A stretch of DNA of 41,419 bases from Bacteroidota bacterium (lineage in GTDB: Bacteria > Bacteroidota > Bacteroidia > Bacteroidales > Prolixibacteraceae): positions 1 through 41,419 of the forward strand of contig JAUZOB010000001.1 of NCBI GenBank assembly GCA_030706665.1, written 5' to 3'. Made by a program: the position numbers and the translations under genes. Below are positions 28,606-38,890 of this stretch, piece after piece. The notes beneath the pieces are model-generated. The model saw nothing but the letters and a program-made list of their open reading frames with translations, was not told the DNA's origin and made no database searches. Every line of letters begins with the position of its first letter. Within the stretch, counting starts at the first letter, position 1.

Positions 28606-30138
28606 ATGAATGACAGAAAAGTGAGGGTAAGGTTTGCCCCGAGTCCGACCGGACCACTTCATATGGGTGGAGTGCGTACGGCCTTATTCAATTATCTTTT
28701 TGCAAAAAAGCATAATGGTGATTTTCTACTAAGGATCGAAGACACTGATCAGACACGTTATGTGCCAGGTGCAGAAGATTATATTATGGAATCTTTAGCA
28801 TGGTGTGGGCTGAAAGTTGACGAAGGAATACGTGAAGGAGGGCCTCATGGTCCATATCGCCAGAGTGAGCGTAAGGAGATCTATAAAGAATATGCGGAAG
28901 CATTGGTTAAAAGTGGAAATGCTTATTATGCTTTTGACAGTGCAGAGGAGCTTGACAAACTTAGGCATGAATATGAGTCAAAAGGTGAGAATTTTATCTA
29001 CAATGCTTCGACTCGTTCAAGTTTGAAGAATTCATTCACATTGTCTGACGAAGAGGTACAACGTCTTTTGAATTCAGAAGAATCATTTGTTGTTCGTTTC
29101 TGTATGCCAGATAATGAAGTAGTTACCGAGAATGATATAATCCGCGGAGAAGTATCATTCAATACCGGTTTGCTTGATGATAAGGTTTTATATAAATCGG
29201 ACGGAATGCCAACTTATCATTTGGCGAATGTTGTTGATGACCATTTAATGGAGATTACACATGTCATTCGCGGAGAAGAATGGTTATCCTCTATGCCTTT
29301 GCATGTATTGCTGTACAGAGCTCTTGGCTGGAGTGATACGATGCCACGCTTTGCTCATTTGCCACTTATTCTCAAACCGGTAGGTAAAGGAAAACTTAGT
29401 AAAAGGGATGGCGACAAATTAGGATTCCCCGTGTTCCCGTTACTATGGAATGATCCTTTTTCCGGCGAGGTCTCTCGCGGATATCGTGAAGACGGCTATT
29501 TCCCGGAAGCATTTATTAATATGTTGGCATTCCTTGGCTGGAATCCGGGTACCGAGCAGGAATTCTTCTCTTTGGAAGAACTGGTCGAGAACTTCTCTTT
29601 GGAAAGAGTGGGGAAATCAGGTTCTAAATTCGATCCCGAGAAAACAAAATGGTTCAATCACCAATATCTCATCCGCAGAAGTGATGAACAGATTGCAGAA
29701 CAATTCGAGGCGATACTCAAGTCGAAAGGAATTGCTGATTATGACAATGCAAAGGTGATCAGGATATGTGGATTGCTAAAAGAACGTGCCAATTTTGTTT
29801 CTGAGATCTGGAATCAGGGGTATTTCTTTTTCCAGGCTCCCACAGAATATGATGCGCAGGTTGTTAAAAAACGATGGAAAGCTGAAACTCCTCAAATGAT
29901 GAAGGAGATAGCTGAATTCCTGAATAGCGTGGACAATTGGGACACAGCTCCGTTGAAAGAAGCATTTTCTGCATTTGTTACAGGGAAAGGCTGGGGATTC
30001 GGAGCAGTAATGAATGCATTCAGACTTTGTCTAGTTGGTGCAGGAATCGGACCCGACTTGTTTGACATCTGCAATCTGATTGGTAAAGATGAGACTATTA
30101 ACCGAATAAATCGTGCTTTGAATCAGATACGGCTGTAA
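28606..30138 (+). CDS. gltX: Glutamate--tRNA ligase
   Basis: 510 aa. FAPSPTGPLHMGGVRTALFNY is the HIGH-class motif, with the IEDTD block and KLSKR (KMSKS equivalent). Confidence 0.95.
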   Translation: MNDRKVRVRFAPSPTGPLHMGGVRTALFNYLFAKKHNGDFLLRIEDTDQTRYVPGAEDYIMESLAWCGLKVDEGIREGGPHGPYRQSERKEIYKEYAEALVKSGNAYYAFDSAEELDKLRHEYESKGENFIYNASTRSSLKNSFTLSDEEVQRLLNSEESFVVRFCMPDNEVVTENDIIRGEVSFNTGLLDDKVLYKSDGMPTYHLANVVDDHLMEITHVIRGEEWLSSMPLHVLLYRALGWSDTMPRFAHLPLILKPVGKGKLSKRDGDKLGFPVFPLLWNDPFSGEVSRGYREDGYFPEAFINMLAFLGWNPGTEQEFFSLEELVENFSLERVGKSGSKFDPEKTKWFNHQYLIRRSDEQIAEQFEAILKSKGIADYDNAKVIRICGLLKERANFVSEIWNQGYFFFQAPTEYDAQVVKKRWKAETPQMMKEIAEFLNSVDNWDTAPLKEAFSAFVTGKGWGFGAVMNAFRLCLVGAGIGPDLFDICNLIGKDETINRINRALNQIRL

Positions 30139-30170
30139 GGCCAGCATTAATTAATTATAGCTTTATGCTA

Positions 30171-30201
30171 AAAGGCTGTTCTGTAAAGGACAGCTTTTTT
30201 T
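30171..30201 (+). terminator. Rho-independent terminator after gltX
   Basis: AAAGGCTGTTC / GGACAGCTTT stem followed by a 7-T run (30195-30201). Confidence 0.8.
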
Positions 30202-30320
30202 ATGACCATGCCTGATTACTCTTTCTTTTGGTTAGAAATGAAAAGAATCTCTGCTTTTTTACAGTTCTATTGAACGAATCTGATTTCTCGTTTGTTAGAT
30301 AGTGACAAAGAATAGACGAT

Positions 30321-30848
30321 ATGAAAAAAATAGGATTGATATACTGGCCCAAAGGAGGAAGTGTTGAACGTTGTGCAACTATGATGTTTGACAAAATAGA
30401 GAACAGCGACATTGAGATTTTAGCATTAGATGACGTGAATGTATCAAAAATTTCGGGTTATGATTTGATTATATTGGGAGGATCAACGGTTGGAGCTGAT
30501 CATTGGGAAGATGCCCGTACGGAAAATCAATGGAGTTATTTTTTCGCTGATCTGAAAAATAATAATATAGACCTCAAAGGCAAAAAAGTAGCATTGTTTG
30601 GACTGGGGAATCAGGTTCTGTACCCATCCCAGTTTGTTGACGGGATTAATTCATTAAAGAAAAGCATTGAGGCTTTTGGCCCTGAATTTATTGGTTCCTG
30701 GTCAGTTAATTCATATGATTTTGAAGAATCAGAGTCAATCGTTGGAGGACGCTTTGTAGGACTGCCTCTGGATGAAGATACTCAATCAGAACTTACTGAA
30801 ACAAGAATTGAGAAATGGGTGAAACAACTTAGCGAAGAGTACGAATAA
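30321..30848 (+). CDS. Flavodoxin (long-chain type, variant phosphate-binding loop)
   Basis: 175 aa. Has KIGLIYWPKGGSVE at the N-terminus, then LILGGSTVGADHWEDA and VALFGLGNQVLYPSQFVDG blocks and an acidic C-terminus, the typical flavodoxin layout. Confidence 0.8.
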   Translation: MKKIGLIYWPKGGSVERCATMMFDKIENSDIEILALDDVNVSKISGYDLIILGGSTVGADHWEDARTENQWSYFFADLKNNNIDLKGKKVALFGLGNQVLYPSQFVDGINSLKKSIEAFGPEFIGSWSVNSYDFEESESIVGGRFVGLPLDEDTQSELTETRIEKWVKQLSEEYE

Positions 30849-30867
30849 AAGCTCTTTGTGAATGTTG

Positions 30868-30904
30868 GAAAGGCTATCTAAAATTGAGTTTTAGACAGCC
30901 TTTC
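30868..30904 (+). terminator. Hairpin terminator after the flavodoxin gene
   Basis: GAAAGGCT(a)TCTAAAA-ttgag-TTTTAGA(c)AGCCTTTC: 15 bp with one mismatch, followed by pyrimidine-rich TCTCTTTCT. Confidence 0.6.
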
Positions 30905-31048
30905 TCTTTCTCCGAAGATGTTAAAATTTTTTAAAGTTCATGAAGCCATTAGGGAGAGAGAAAGAAAAGAGCTAACTTAAACCCTGTTTTTGTCAGTAAA
31001 GCAATAATTTATTCAATAGATAGTAATAATCGAAAATAGAAAGAGCAT

Positions 31049-31630
31049 ATGAAGAAATTACTCCTGCCTGTTTTTTTGATACTGCTTTTTACATGGTCTT
31101 GTAGTAAGAAGGAAAACGCTAAAGTTTTGATTCAGACAGATCAAGGAAATATTGAAGTTGAGGTTTTTGAGAAACAGGCTCCGGTAACTGCAAAGAATTT
31201 TTTAAAACATGTTGACAAGGGACATTACAATAATACGATCTTTTATAGGACTGTAAGATATGATAACCAGCCAAAAGACAGCATTAAAATTCAGGTAATA
31301 CAAGGTGGTGTTTTTGATGAAAATATCATTGATAAATTTAAAAGTATTCCACATGAAACAACTAAGAAAACAGGTATAAAACACAAAAATGGTGTTGTTT
31401 CAATGGCAAGAGTCAGTCCCGGAACTGCATCAACGGAATTCTTTATTTGTATTGGCGATCAGCCACAACTTGATTATGGTGGAAAGCGCAATCCGGATGG
31501 GAAAGGGTTTGCTGCATTTGCCAAAGTAATTAAAGGAATGGATGTGGTGAAAAAAATTCAGCAACTGCAGGATAGTTGTCAGTTCCTTAAGAAACCTGTA
31601 ACGATTAGAACAATTACCAGGGAAAAATAA
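31049..31630 (+). CDS. Cyclophilin-type peptidyl-prolyl cis-trans isomerase, predicted lipoprotein
   Basis: Signal plus lipobox LLFTWSC|SKK, and the cyclophilin blocks FYRTV, NGVVSMAR and STEFFICIGDQPQLD. Confidence 0.88.
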   Translation: MKKLLLPVFLILLFTWSCSKKENAKVLIQTDQGNIEVEVFEKQAPVTAKNFLKHVDKGHYNNTIFYRTVRYDNQPKDSIKIQVIQGGVFDENIIDKFKSIPHETTKKTGIKHKNGVVSMARVSPGTASTEFFICIGDQPQLDYGGKRNPDGKGFAAFAKVIKGMDVVKKIQQLQDSCQFLKKPVTIRTITREK

Positions 31631-31856
31631 AAAGAGTGACAAGAATCATGCTATAGCTTATTGTTATCAATGATTTTCTTTTTTAGTCTCTTGTTCTTAA
31701 AGTAAGCAGAAATACCGGATGCTGTCTGTTTTTTGTTTGAATAAAGTTTGGAGACAATAGCGAGAATAGATTCCTGAATATTGTTGGATTGAAAATGTGG
31801 TAGTTGCGATCCTTAATAGATGAATTAAATATAGATTAAATGGATCGATCTAAATG

Positions 31857-31908
31857 AATCGGGATCTTGAGTTAATGGATAGGAATCATCAAACTCAAAA
31901 TCCCGATT
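31857..31908. terminator. 17-bp hairpin between the convergent PPIase and DUF4251-like genes
   Basis: AATCGGGAT(c)TTGAGTT / AACTCAA(a)ATCCCGATT with an 18-nt loop. It begins 6 nt after the minus-strand stop at 31914. A U-rich tract (TTTTATTTTATTT) follows only on the + strand. Confidence 0.65.
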
Positions 31909-31913
31909 TTATT

Positions 31914-32429
31914 TTATTTAGGTTCCTTCTCAGAAATGATCCCATTAAAAGAAATGCTTTGACGCATGTCATCCTGCACATTCAGTGTCGCATACCCATG
32001 CTGGCTTACATTTAGAAATAGAATGTAATGTCTTCGTGTGTCAAGAGGGGAGATTTTAATATTCCAACCTCCTTTTTTTAATAATGTTGAAGTGTATTCA
32101 AATTTTAAACTTTTGAACTTGATTCCACTATCTTCATTCAATGGTGCACTGTAAGCACGACCGAAATAGGGTAAAAAAGCTTCAATGGTATCATTTGTAA
32201 CACTCAGATTGTAAGATGAAGTCAGGTTGATTGTCGGACCACCCATGGGACTTGCCTGTTGGGCTTCGAAGATAAATCTTTTCCCCTCAATCATCTTCTT
32301 TACAGCAGCAACCTTTTCAGCCTGACGCGAACTTCCGGACTTATGTATTGTTTGAGCCCATCCGATTCCACTCAGCATATGAATACTGAAAAAGGTCAGG
32401 CACATAAAAATTAAGGCGGACTTTTTCAT
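31914..32429 (-). CDS. Secreted hypothetical protein (DUF4251-like)
   Basis: 171 aa with an SPI-like signal MKKSALIFMCLTFFSIHMLSGIGWAQ. The LPYFGRAYSAP block and the size resemble the Bacteroidota DUF4251 family as I recall it. The family assignment is not verified. Confidence 0.65.
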   Translation of the reverse strand: MKKSALIFMCLTFFSIHMLSGIGWAQTIHKSGSSRQAEKVAAVKKMIEGKRFIFEAQQASPMGGPTINLTSSYNLSVTNDTIEAFLPYFGRAYSAPLNEDSGIKFKSLKFEYTSTLLKKGGWNIKISPLDTRRHYILFLNVSQHGYATLNVQDDMRQSISFNGIISEKEPK

Positions 32430-32585
32430 ACTTCATTTTTTATATAAAGATAGTATCAAAAAGTGTGCAATGAGTATTAAAAATGATAATCATTCTGTCT
32501 TAGTCTGCTAAGCATTTCAACTAAGAACAAATTATAAAACGAGATTGATCATCAATTTCTTATGAATAAGATGATGCGGTCGCAA

Positions 32586-32909
32586 TTAGTCTTTGAAAAA
32601 GATAGCAGTACCAGTAGCAGTAACCATAAGCATGCTTCCGCCCTGGCCCAAAGTTTCATAATCAAGGTCAACACCGATTACGGCATTGGCACCCAATTCA
32701 AATGCTCGCTGAGTCATTTCCCTGATTGCAGTCTCGCGTGCTTCTTTGAGAACTCTTTCATAAGAACCCGAACGACCGCCAACGATATCACGAATTCCAG
32801 CCAGAATATCTTTGAAGATGTTGGCACCAATAATTGTTTCACCCGCAACTACACCATAGTATGAAACGATAGTCTTCCCTTCGAGACTATTTGTTGTTGT
32901 AATTAACAT
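32586..32909 (-). CDS. ybjQ: YbjQ/UPF0145 family protein (putative heavy-metal-binding domain)
   Basis: 107 aa. [51 protein letters not shown]...[12 protein letters not shown] is the characteristic YbjQ sequence. Confidence 0.88.
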   Translation of the reverse strand: MLITTTNSLEGKTIVSYYGVVAGETIIGANIFKDILAGIRDIVGGRSGSYERVLKEARETAIREMTQRAFELGANAVIGVDLDYETLGQGGSMLMVTATGTAIFFKD

Positions 32910-33647
32910 AGCCTAAAAAATTAAGTGACATTAATAATTGAGTAATTTATTGCATCTCTCTATAAGTATTTGATCTCTCATTTTTGTTTCATTCGATCCT
33001 CGATTTTTTATGAATAATTCACTTCTGCTTTTGTTCGTTTTGTATTTTTTTGAATATACCTTCTACTACCCTTGATTGAGTGAGTAAATGAGACAGAAAG
33101 AGAAGTCGAATGCTTTGGAAAAATTAGTTGTGTTGTGTTTTGCAATTTTCTAAAGAATTTGCATCCTTTTTAATTTTTTCTCACAACACTGAGATATTTA
33201 ATTCTGAGGGAACATGATTCTTCTCTTTTTTATGGGTAGGAGCACTTATATATCTAGATGTTAAATTTTCCCAAGTGGAACTAAAATGATGATTTTAGTT
33301 TAAAATAGTAATGTTAAAACTGGTATTACTTCTCGTATGTCTTTGAAGAAGACATTAAAGCAGCAAATTGATAATATGAAAAAGAGGTTTGGTTATTCAC
33401 ATTCGGAGAAAAACTAATTATTTGAAAGGGTTGAAGATGCACGTTTATTTGATGCACAGGATTTAACAAATGAAAGATCAGCCTTCCTTTTTTTGTAAAA
33501 CCGGCTAAGATTACTAATATTGTAGGCTGATTTTTATCGGAAATCTGTATAAATTAGTAAAATCAAATTGATTTGTTTTTCAATTATTCAAATAATTTGA
33601 GCAGGGATTTGATTTTATTCAACAGCATGCATCTTTGATTGGCATAA

Positions 33648-34898
<1,251 letters not shown>

Positions 34899-34919
34899 TC
34901 TTTTCTAAAAGATTCCGGA

Positions 34920-35726
34920 ATGACTAAAGTGATATTGGTAACGGGAGTTTCGTCCGGATTTGGACGACAGATTGCTAAAATTCTGTCTGAGACCGGATAT
35001 AATGTATACGGAACTTCTCGGAGAGATATTGATCCTCTGCCCAACATCAATCTGCTGAAAATGGATGTTACGGATGAGAATTCTGTAAAGGCAGGAGTTG
35101 AGCAGATCCTTGCGAAAGAAGGTAAAATTGATATCCTGGTTAATAATGCAGGGATGGGGATTTCGGGAGCAATTGAAGATTCTTCGGCTGAAGAAATCAA
35201 GCTTCAGATGGACACGAACTTCATGGGTGCTGTACATACAATTCAGGCTGTTTTACCATCAATGCGAAACCAGAAGAGTGGAACGATTATTAATATCAGC
35301 TCTGTTGGAGGATTAATGGGATTGCCATTTCAGGGTTTTTATTCAGCCAGTAAATACGCAATAGAAGGGATGAGCGAGGCGTTAAGTATGGAACTTAGAG
35401 CTTTTAATATCAATGTAGTTCTCATTAACCCGGGCGATTTCAGAACTAATTTCACTGCAAACAGAAGAATTATTCAGAAGGCACAAAAAGATAGTGCATA
35501 TAATGAGCAGTTTGAAAAGACTCTTAAGATTATTGAGAAAGACGAAAACGGTGGGCTTTCACCTGAAGTCCTGGCAAAGAAGATTTGTCAGATTGTAAAG
35601 AAGAAAAAGCCTTGCCCAAGATATGTTATTGCTTCTTTTGAACAGAAATTAGCTGTAGTACTAAAACGTATTCTTCCGGATGCCCTGTACAATAAGATGC
35701 TTGAAGGACATTACGGGATTCATTAA
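34920..35726 (+). CDS. Classical short-chain dehydrogenase/reductase (candidate 3-keto long-chain-base reductase)
   Basis: 268 aa. Has the VTGVSSGFGRQIA (TGxxxGxG) cofactor loop, NNAG, and the catalytic S...YSASK. It starts 21 nt after the SPT-like gene on the same strand. Confidence 0.85.
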   Translation: MTKVILVTGVSSGFGRQIAKILSETGYNVYGTSRRDIDPLPNINLLKMDVTDENSVKAGVEQILAKEGKIDILVNNAGMGISGAIEDSSAEEIKLQMDTNFMGAVHTIQAVLPSMRNQKSGTIINISSVGGLMGLPFQGFYSASKYAIEGMSEALSMELRAFNINVVLINPGDFRTNFTANRRIIQKAQKDSAYNEQFEKTLKIIEKDENGGLSPEVLAKKICQIVKKKKPCPRYVIASFEQKLAVVLKRILPDALYNKMLEGHYGIH

Positions 35727-35751
35727 TAGAAGTTTAAAAATTAAATTTGAG

Positions 35752-35800
35752 CGGGATTTTATAAAACTGATTGTTGATCAGTTTATAGAATCCCGTTTTT
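35752..35800 (+). terminator. Rho-independent terminator after the SDR gene
   Basis: ~19-bp stem CGGGATTTTATAAA(a)CTGAT / ATCAGTTTATAGAATCCCG, followed by TTTTTATTT. Confidence 0.85.
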
Positions 35801-35922
35801 ATTTGAATTTTGTTGTAGTCTCCGAATGGAGGTAATTACTCGGGGATTACTGGTACTGTTGTTGTGTGCTAGAGATTTTGTCAGAGTGCTATGCTGCTTT
35901 TGAGGCGATGATTTGAGTTCTT

Positions 35923-36384
35923 CTATTCGCCTCCCACATAATTGTAAAAGATCGTATGCCGGTTTGTTGATGTTTCTTGATTTATTAGCTCCTTTATAAG
36001 GAGTCCGGTATAACCTCCCAAGTTTAATTTGTATGCATCTTCAAGTTTTATCCATATGAATTCCTGTGCTTCGTCATTTAATAGGACTTCTTTTGAATCT
36101 GTCCGACAAGTATAGTCAATGAATATGAAATGCTTGTCTGTATGAAATTTGTTGCTTGAGATACATTCCTGTAATCCGATTAAGCGAATGTCATATATGG
36201 AGAGCCCGGTCTCTTCTTTTATCTCTCTTCTGAGTGCTTCTTCCATTCTTTCTCCGGTTTCAATGTGTCCACCAGGGATTACATATTCATTATTCCATTT
36301 ACTGGATTTGCATAGCAAGATCTCATTGTCGGGATTGAATATGATCGCACTGACTGTGGGTTCAGGATACCTGCTCAATTCCAT
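35923..36384 (-). CDS. NUDIX hydrolase
   Basis: 153 aa. GGHIETGERMEEALRREIKEETGL matches the Nudix box GX5EX7REUXEEXGU. Confidence 0.88.
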   Translation of the reverse strand: MELSRYPEPTVSAIIFNPDNEILLCKSSKWNNEYVIPGGHIETGERMEEALRREIKEETGLSIYDIRLIGLQECISSNKFHTDKHFIFIDYTCRTDSKEVLLNDEAQEFIWIKLEDAYKLNLGGYTGLLIKELINQETSTNRHTIFYNYVGGE

Positions 36385-37082
36385 ATGTTATAAATTTAAT
36401 ATAATGCGAACAGTATAAATAATTGATCATGCACCAAAGGTTGCAATTTTTTGATCATGTTGAGTAAAAAAATGAGTCTATTCAAAAAGAGAAGTCTCAA
36501 TTATTCTGAAGAGGATTAATTTATTTCAACGATAGAATAATAAATATATTAGTTCGATAACTTTTTACAATACGAATCGAATAAGCAAATAAAGTTAAGA
36601 GGAAGAATTTATCTGAGATATCTAAGATATTAATAGAAGAAACAAAAACGGTGCAGAAATAAACGAATTGTCACATTTGAAGTATTGAATGAATTAAATA
36701 ATAGCAATAAGGAGTCGAAAAAGTACAGATTGTAAATGAAGCCGTTGTTTAATTCTTTATATTTGAAAAAGTGCATGAATATAAGTCTGATCTATCTGCG
36801 CCTTAGCTTGGTTTAATTGGAAGGAAGATAAAGCTCGGATTCTAATGCATGACAGATATTCTGTGTGAAGTATGAAGAGTAAGAGCAAATATTGTATGAA
36901 ATAGATTGTTCGCTCGAATAAAAGATTGGGGTTAAAATAAAAAGTCAGTTTTATAATTCTCTCTGAGGGGTTAGAATATCGGATGTGTATAATGTGAAAA
37001 GTGCTCTTTGGTCCTTGCTTGGTGGGAGATTGAAGCACTTAGTTATACCCGATGCTGGTTTGAGAGATAACAATTCGAAAAT

Positions 37083-38534
37083 ATGAATCAATTATTTAGA
37101 AAAAAAGCAATTAGTGATCTTTTAGTCGAGGCCGATGGAGATGGGCATGGATTAAAAAGGGCGCTTACTTTAAGAAATTTAGTTGCTCTTGGAATAGGCG
37201 CAATTATCGGGACAGGAATATTTGTATTGACAGGCACTGCAGCAGCAAGATTTGCCGGACCTGCTATTGTTTTATCATTTATTCTGTCGGCATTCGGGTG
37301 TATTTTTGCCGGATTATGCTATGCCGAATTTTCTGCGATGATCCCGATTGCCGGAAGTGCTTATACCTATTCGTATGCTACTTTGGGGGAATTTATCGCC
37401 TGGATTATCGGATGGGACCTTATTCTTGAATATCTTTTTGCATCGTCGACTGTCGCCGTGGGATGGTCCGGATATTTTGTGAGCTTTTTAAGAGATTTTG
37501 GAATTTATATACCAGATAAGTTGTGTCAGGCGCCCTTTAATCATATTCCTGGTCAGGGGTGGATACTTACAGGGAGTATCTTAAACTTTCCTGCTGTTGC
37601 GATTGTGCTTTTGATAACCGGATTACTGGTGGTCGGAATTAAAGAATCAAATCGGTTTAATACTGTTATTGTCATTGTAAAGCTTGTGGTTATCCTATTG
37701 TTTATAGGTTTTGGATTGTCATATATAAATGTTGACAATTGGACTCCTTTTATTCCGAAGAATACAGGAACATTTGGTTCTTTTGGTGTATCGGGAATTT
37801 TTACCGGGGCAGGTGTGATATTCTTTGCTTACATTGGTTTTGATGCTTTGTCCACAGCAGCTCAGGAAGCGAAGAATCCCCGCAGGGACATGCCAATAGG
37901 GATTTTAGGTTCGTTAATGATTTGCACGATTTTGTATGTAGCCGTAGCTGCGGTGTTGACCGGGATCGTGAATTATAAGGATCTTAATGACCCTGCTCCA
38001 ATTGCTATGGCAGTCGACCGTACAGGTAAAGCTTTGATGTGGTTACGGCCTTTGATTAAGATTGGAGCACTTGCTGGATTGAGTTCTGTAGTTTTGGTAA
38101 TGCTAATGGGACAGCCTCGAATCTTTTTCTCGATGGCGAATGACGGATTGTTGCCTAAAAGCTTTGCCAAAGTACATCCCAAATTCAGGACTCCCTATAT
38201 CACAACAATCATAACCGGTGCGATAGCTGCATTAATTGCAGGAGTTCTTCCGATTGGCATTTTGGGCGAACTGGTCTCGATCGGGACACTTTTGGCATTT
38301 GTAATTGTATGTACAAGTGTAATTGTATTACGAAAAACAAGTCCTGATACACCACGACCGTTTAAAACACCTTTTGTCCCTTGGTTCCCAATAGCAGGTA
38401 TTTTGATTTGTCTTGCACAAATGGTTGCATTACCGGGTGATACATGGATGCGATTGATTATTTGGATGTCAATTGGATTGTTGATCTATTTCTTTTACAG
38501 TAAAAAGAGAAGCAAACTAAATGGGAAGTCTTAA
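37083..38534 (+). CDS. APC-superfamily amino acid permease (cationic amino acid transporter-like)
   Basis: 483 aa, polytopic with at least 12 hydrophobic segments. Has the GAIIGTGIFVLTG and FAGLCYAEFSAMIPIAGSAYTYSYATLGEFIAWIIGWDLILEY blocks typical of YhdG/CAT-type permeases. Confidence 0.88.
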   Translation: MNQLFRKKAISDLLVEADGDGHGLKRALTLRNLVALGIGAIIGTGIFVLTGTAAARFAGPAIVLSFILSAFGCIFAGLCYAEFSAMIPIAGSAYTYSYATLGEFIAWIIGWDLILEYLFASSTVAVGWSGYFVSFLRDFGIYIPDKLCQAPFNHIPGQGWILTGSILNFPAVAIVLLITGLLVVGIKESNRFNTVIVIVKLVVILLFIGFGLSYINVDNWTPFIPKNTGTFGSFGVSGIFTGAGVIFFAYIGFDALSTAAQEAKNPRRDMPIGILGSLMICTILYVAVAAVLTGIVNYKDLNDPAPIAMAVDRTGKALMWLRPLIKIGALAGLSSVVLVMLMGQPRIFFSMANDGLLPKSFAKVHPKFRTPYITTIITGAIAALIAGVLPIGILGELVSIGTLLAFVIVCTSVIVLRKTSPDTPRPFKTPFVPWFPIAGILICLAQMVALPGDTWMRLIIWMSIGLLIYFFYSKKRSKLNGKS

Positions 38535-38566
38535 TTGAACGGAGAATGTTGTAATATAAGACCGGA

Positions 38567-38602
38567 AGAGGGGAAAGATTTTAAAGTCTTTTCCCTCTTT
38601 TT
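38567..38602 (+). terminator. Rho-independent terminator after the permease gene
   Basis: AGAGGGGAAAGA / TCTTTTCCCTCT stem with one mismatch, followed by TTTT. Confidence 0.75.
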
Positions 38603-38778
38603 GCATATTAGACATGGGGTTGTCACTAATAGAGATAACCTTGGGTTCTTAATGAAATTGAGCTGAATGCAGTTTTATCCGATAGTTTAAATTGGATAGC
38701 TGATTGAATTAGAGAGGCCAGGATTCTTAAAAGAGAAACTTTTGGATTAAATCAAACAGAAGTAAAGAATAATAGTAC

Positions 38779-38786
38779 TAATTTTG
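38779..38786 (+). promoter_or_regulatory. Candidate -7 box (TAATTTTG) upstream of the GH31 gene
   Basis: Matches TAnnTTTG 105 nt upstream of the ATG at 38891. No -33 box at the proper spacing. Confidence 0.3.
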
Positions 38787-38890
38787 AGAGAGAGGAAAGG
38801 AGATTTTACTTTATCTCTTTGTCCTACTCCTATCGTATATGATTTTAATCTTGTATAGAAGAAAAGTGTGAAATGTAATTAACTTCTGAT

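Noticed and set aside
30321-30848. Flavodoxin lacking the canonical T/S-x-T-G-x-T FMN-phosphate loop (has WPKGGSVE)
   Set aside because: The rest of the protein matches long-chain flavodoxin blocks, and a Ser/Gly-rich loop is retained. This is probably a lineage variant and not a loss of function, and I cannot evaluate it further by eye.
31049-31630. The cyclophilin lipoprotein as the PPIase subunit reported to co-purify with SprA translocon complexes
   Set aside because: It lies 15 kb from sprA with many unrelated genes in between, and cyclophilin lipoproteins are common in Bacteroidota. Nothing in the sequence links the two.
31631-31856. Possible small + strand transcript between the PPIase gene and the 31857-31908 hairpin
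   Set aside because: There is only a weak 4-bp hairpin plus T6 at ~31706-31733, and no promoter box or ORF. The strong hairpin is adequately explained as the terminator shared by the convergent genes.
36560-37082. Possible lysine (L-box) riboswitch upstream of the permease (a TGTCAC and an AGAGG-like string are present)
   Set aside because: The other L-box core elements (GCCGAAG-like and GTGGAGAGC-like segments, five-helix junction) are not found in the right order or spacing. The matches are short and expected by chance.
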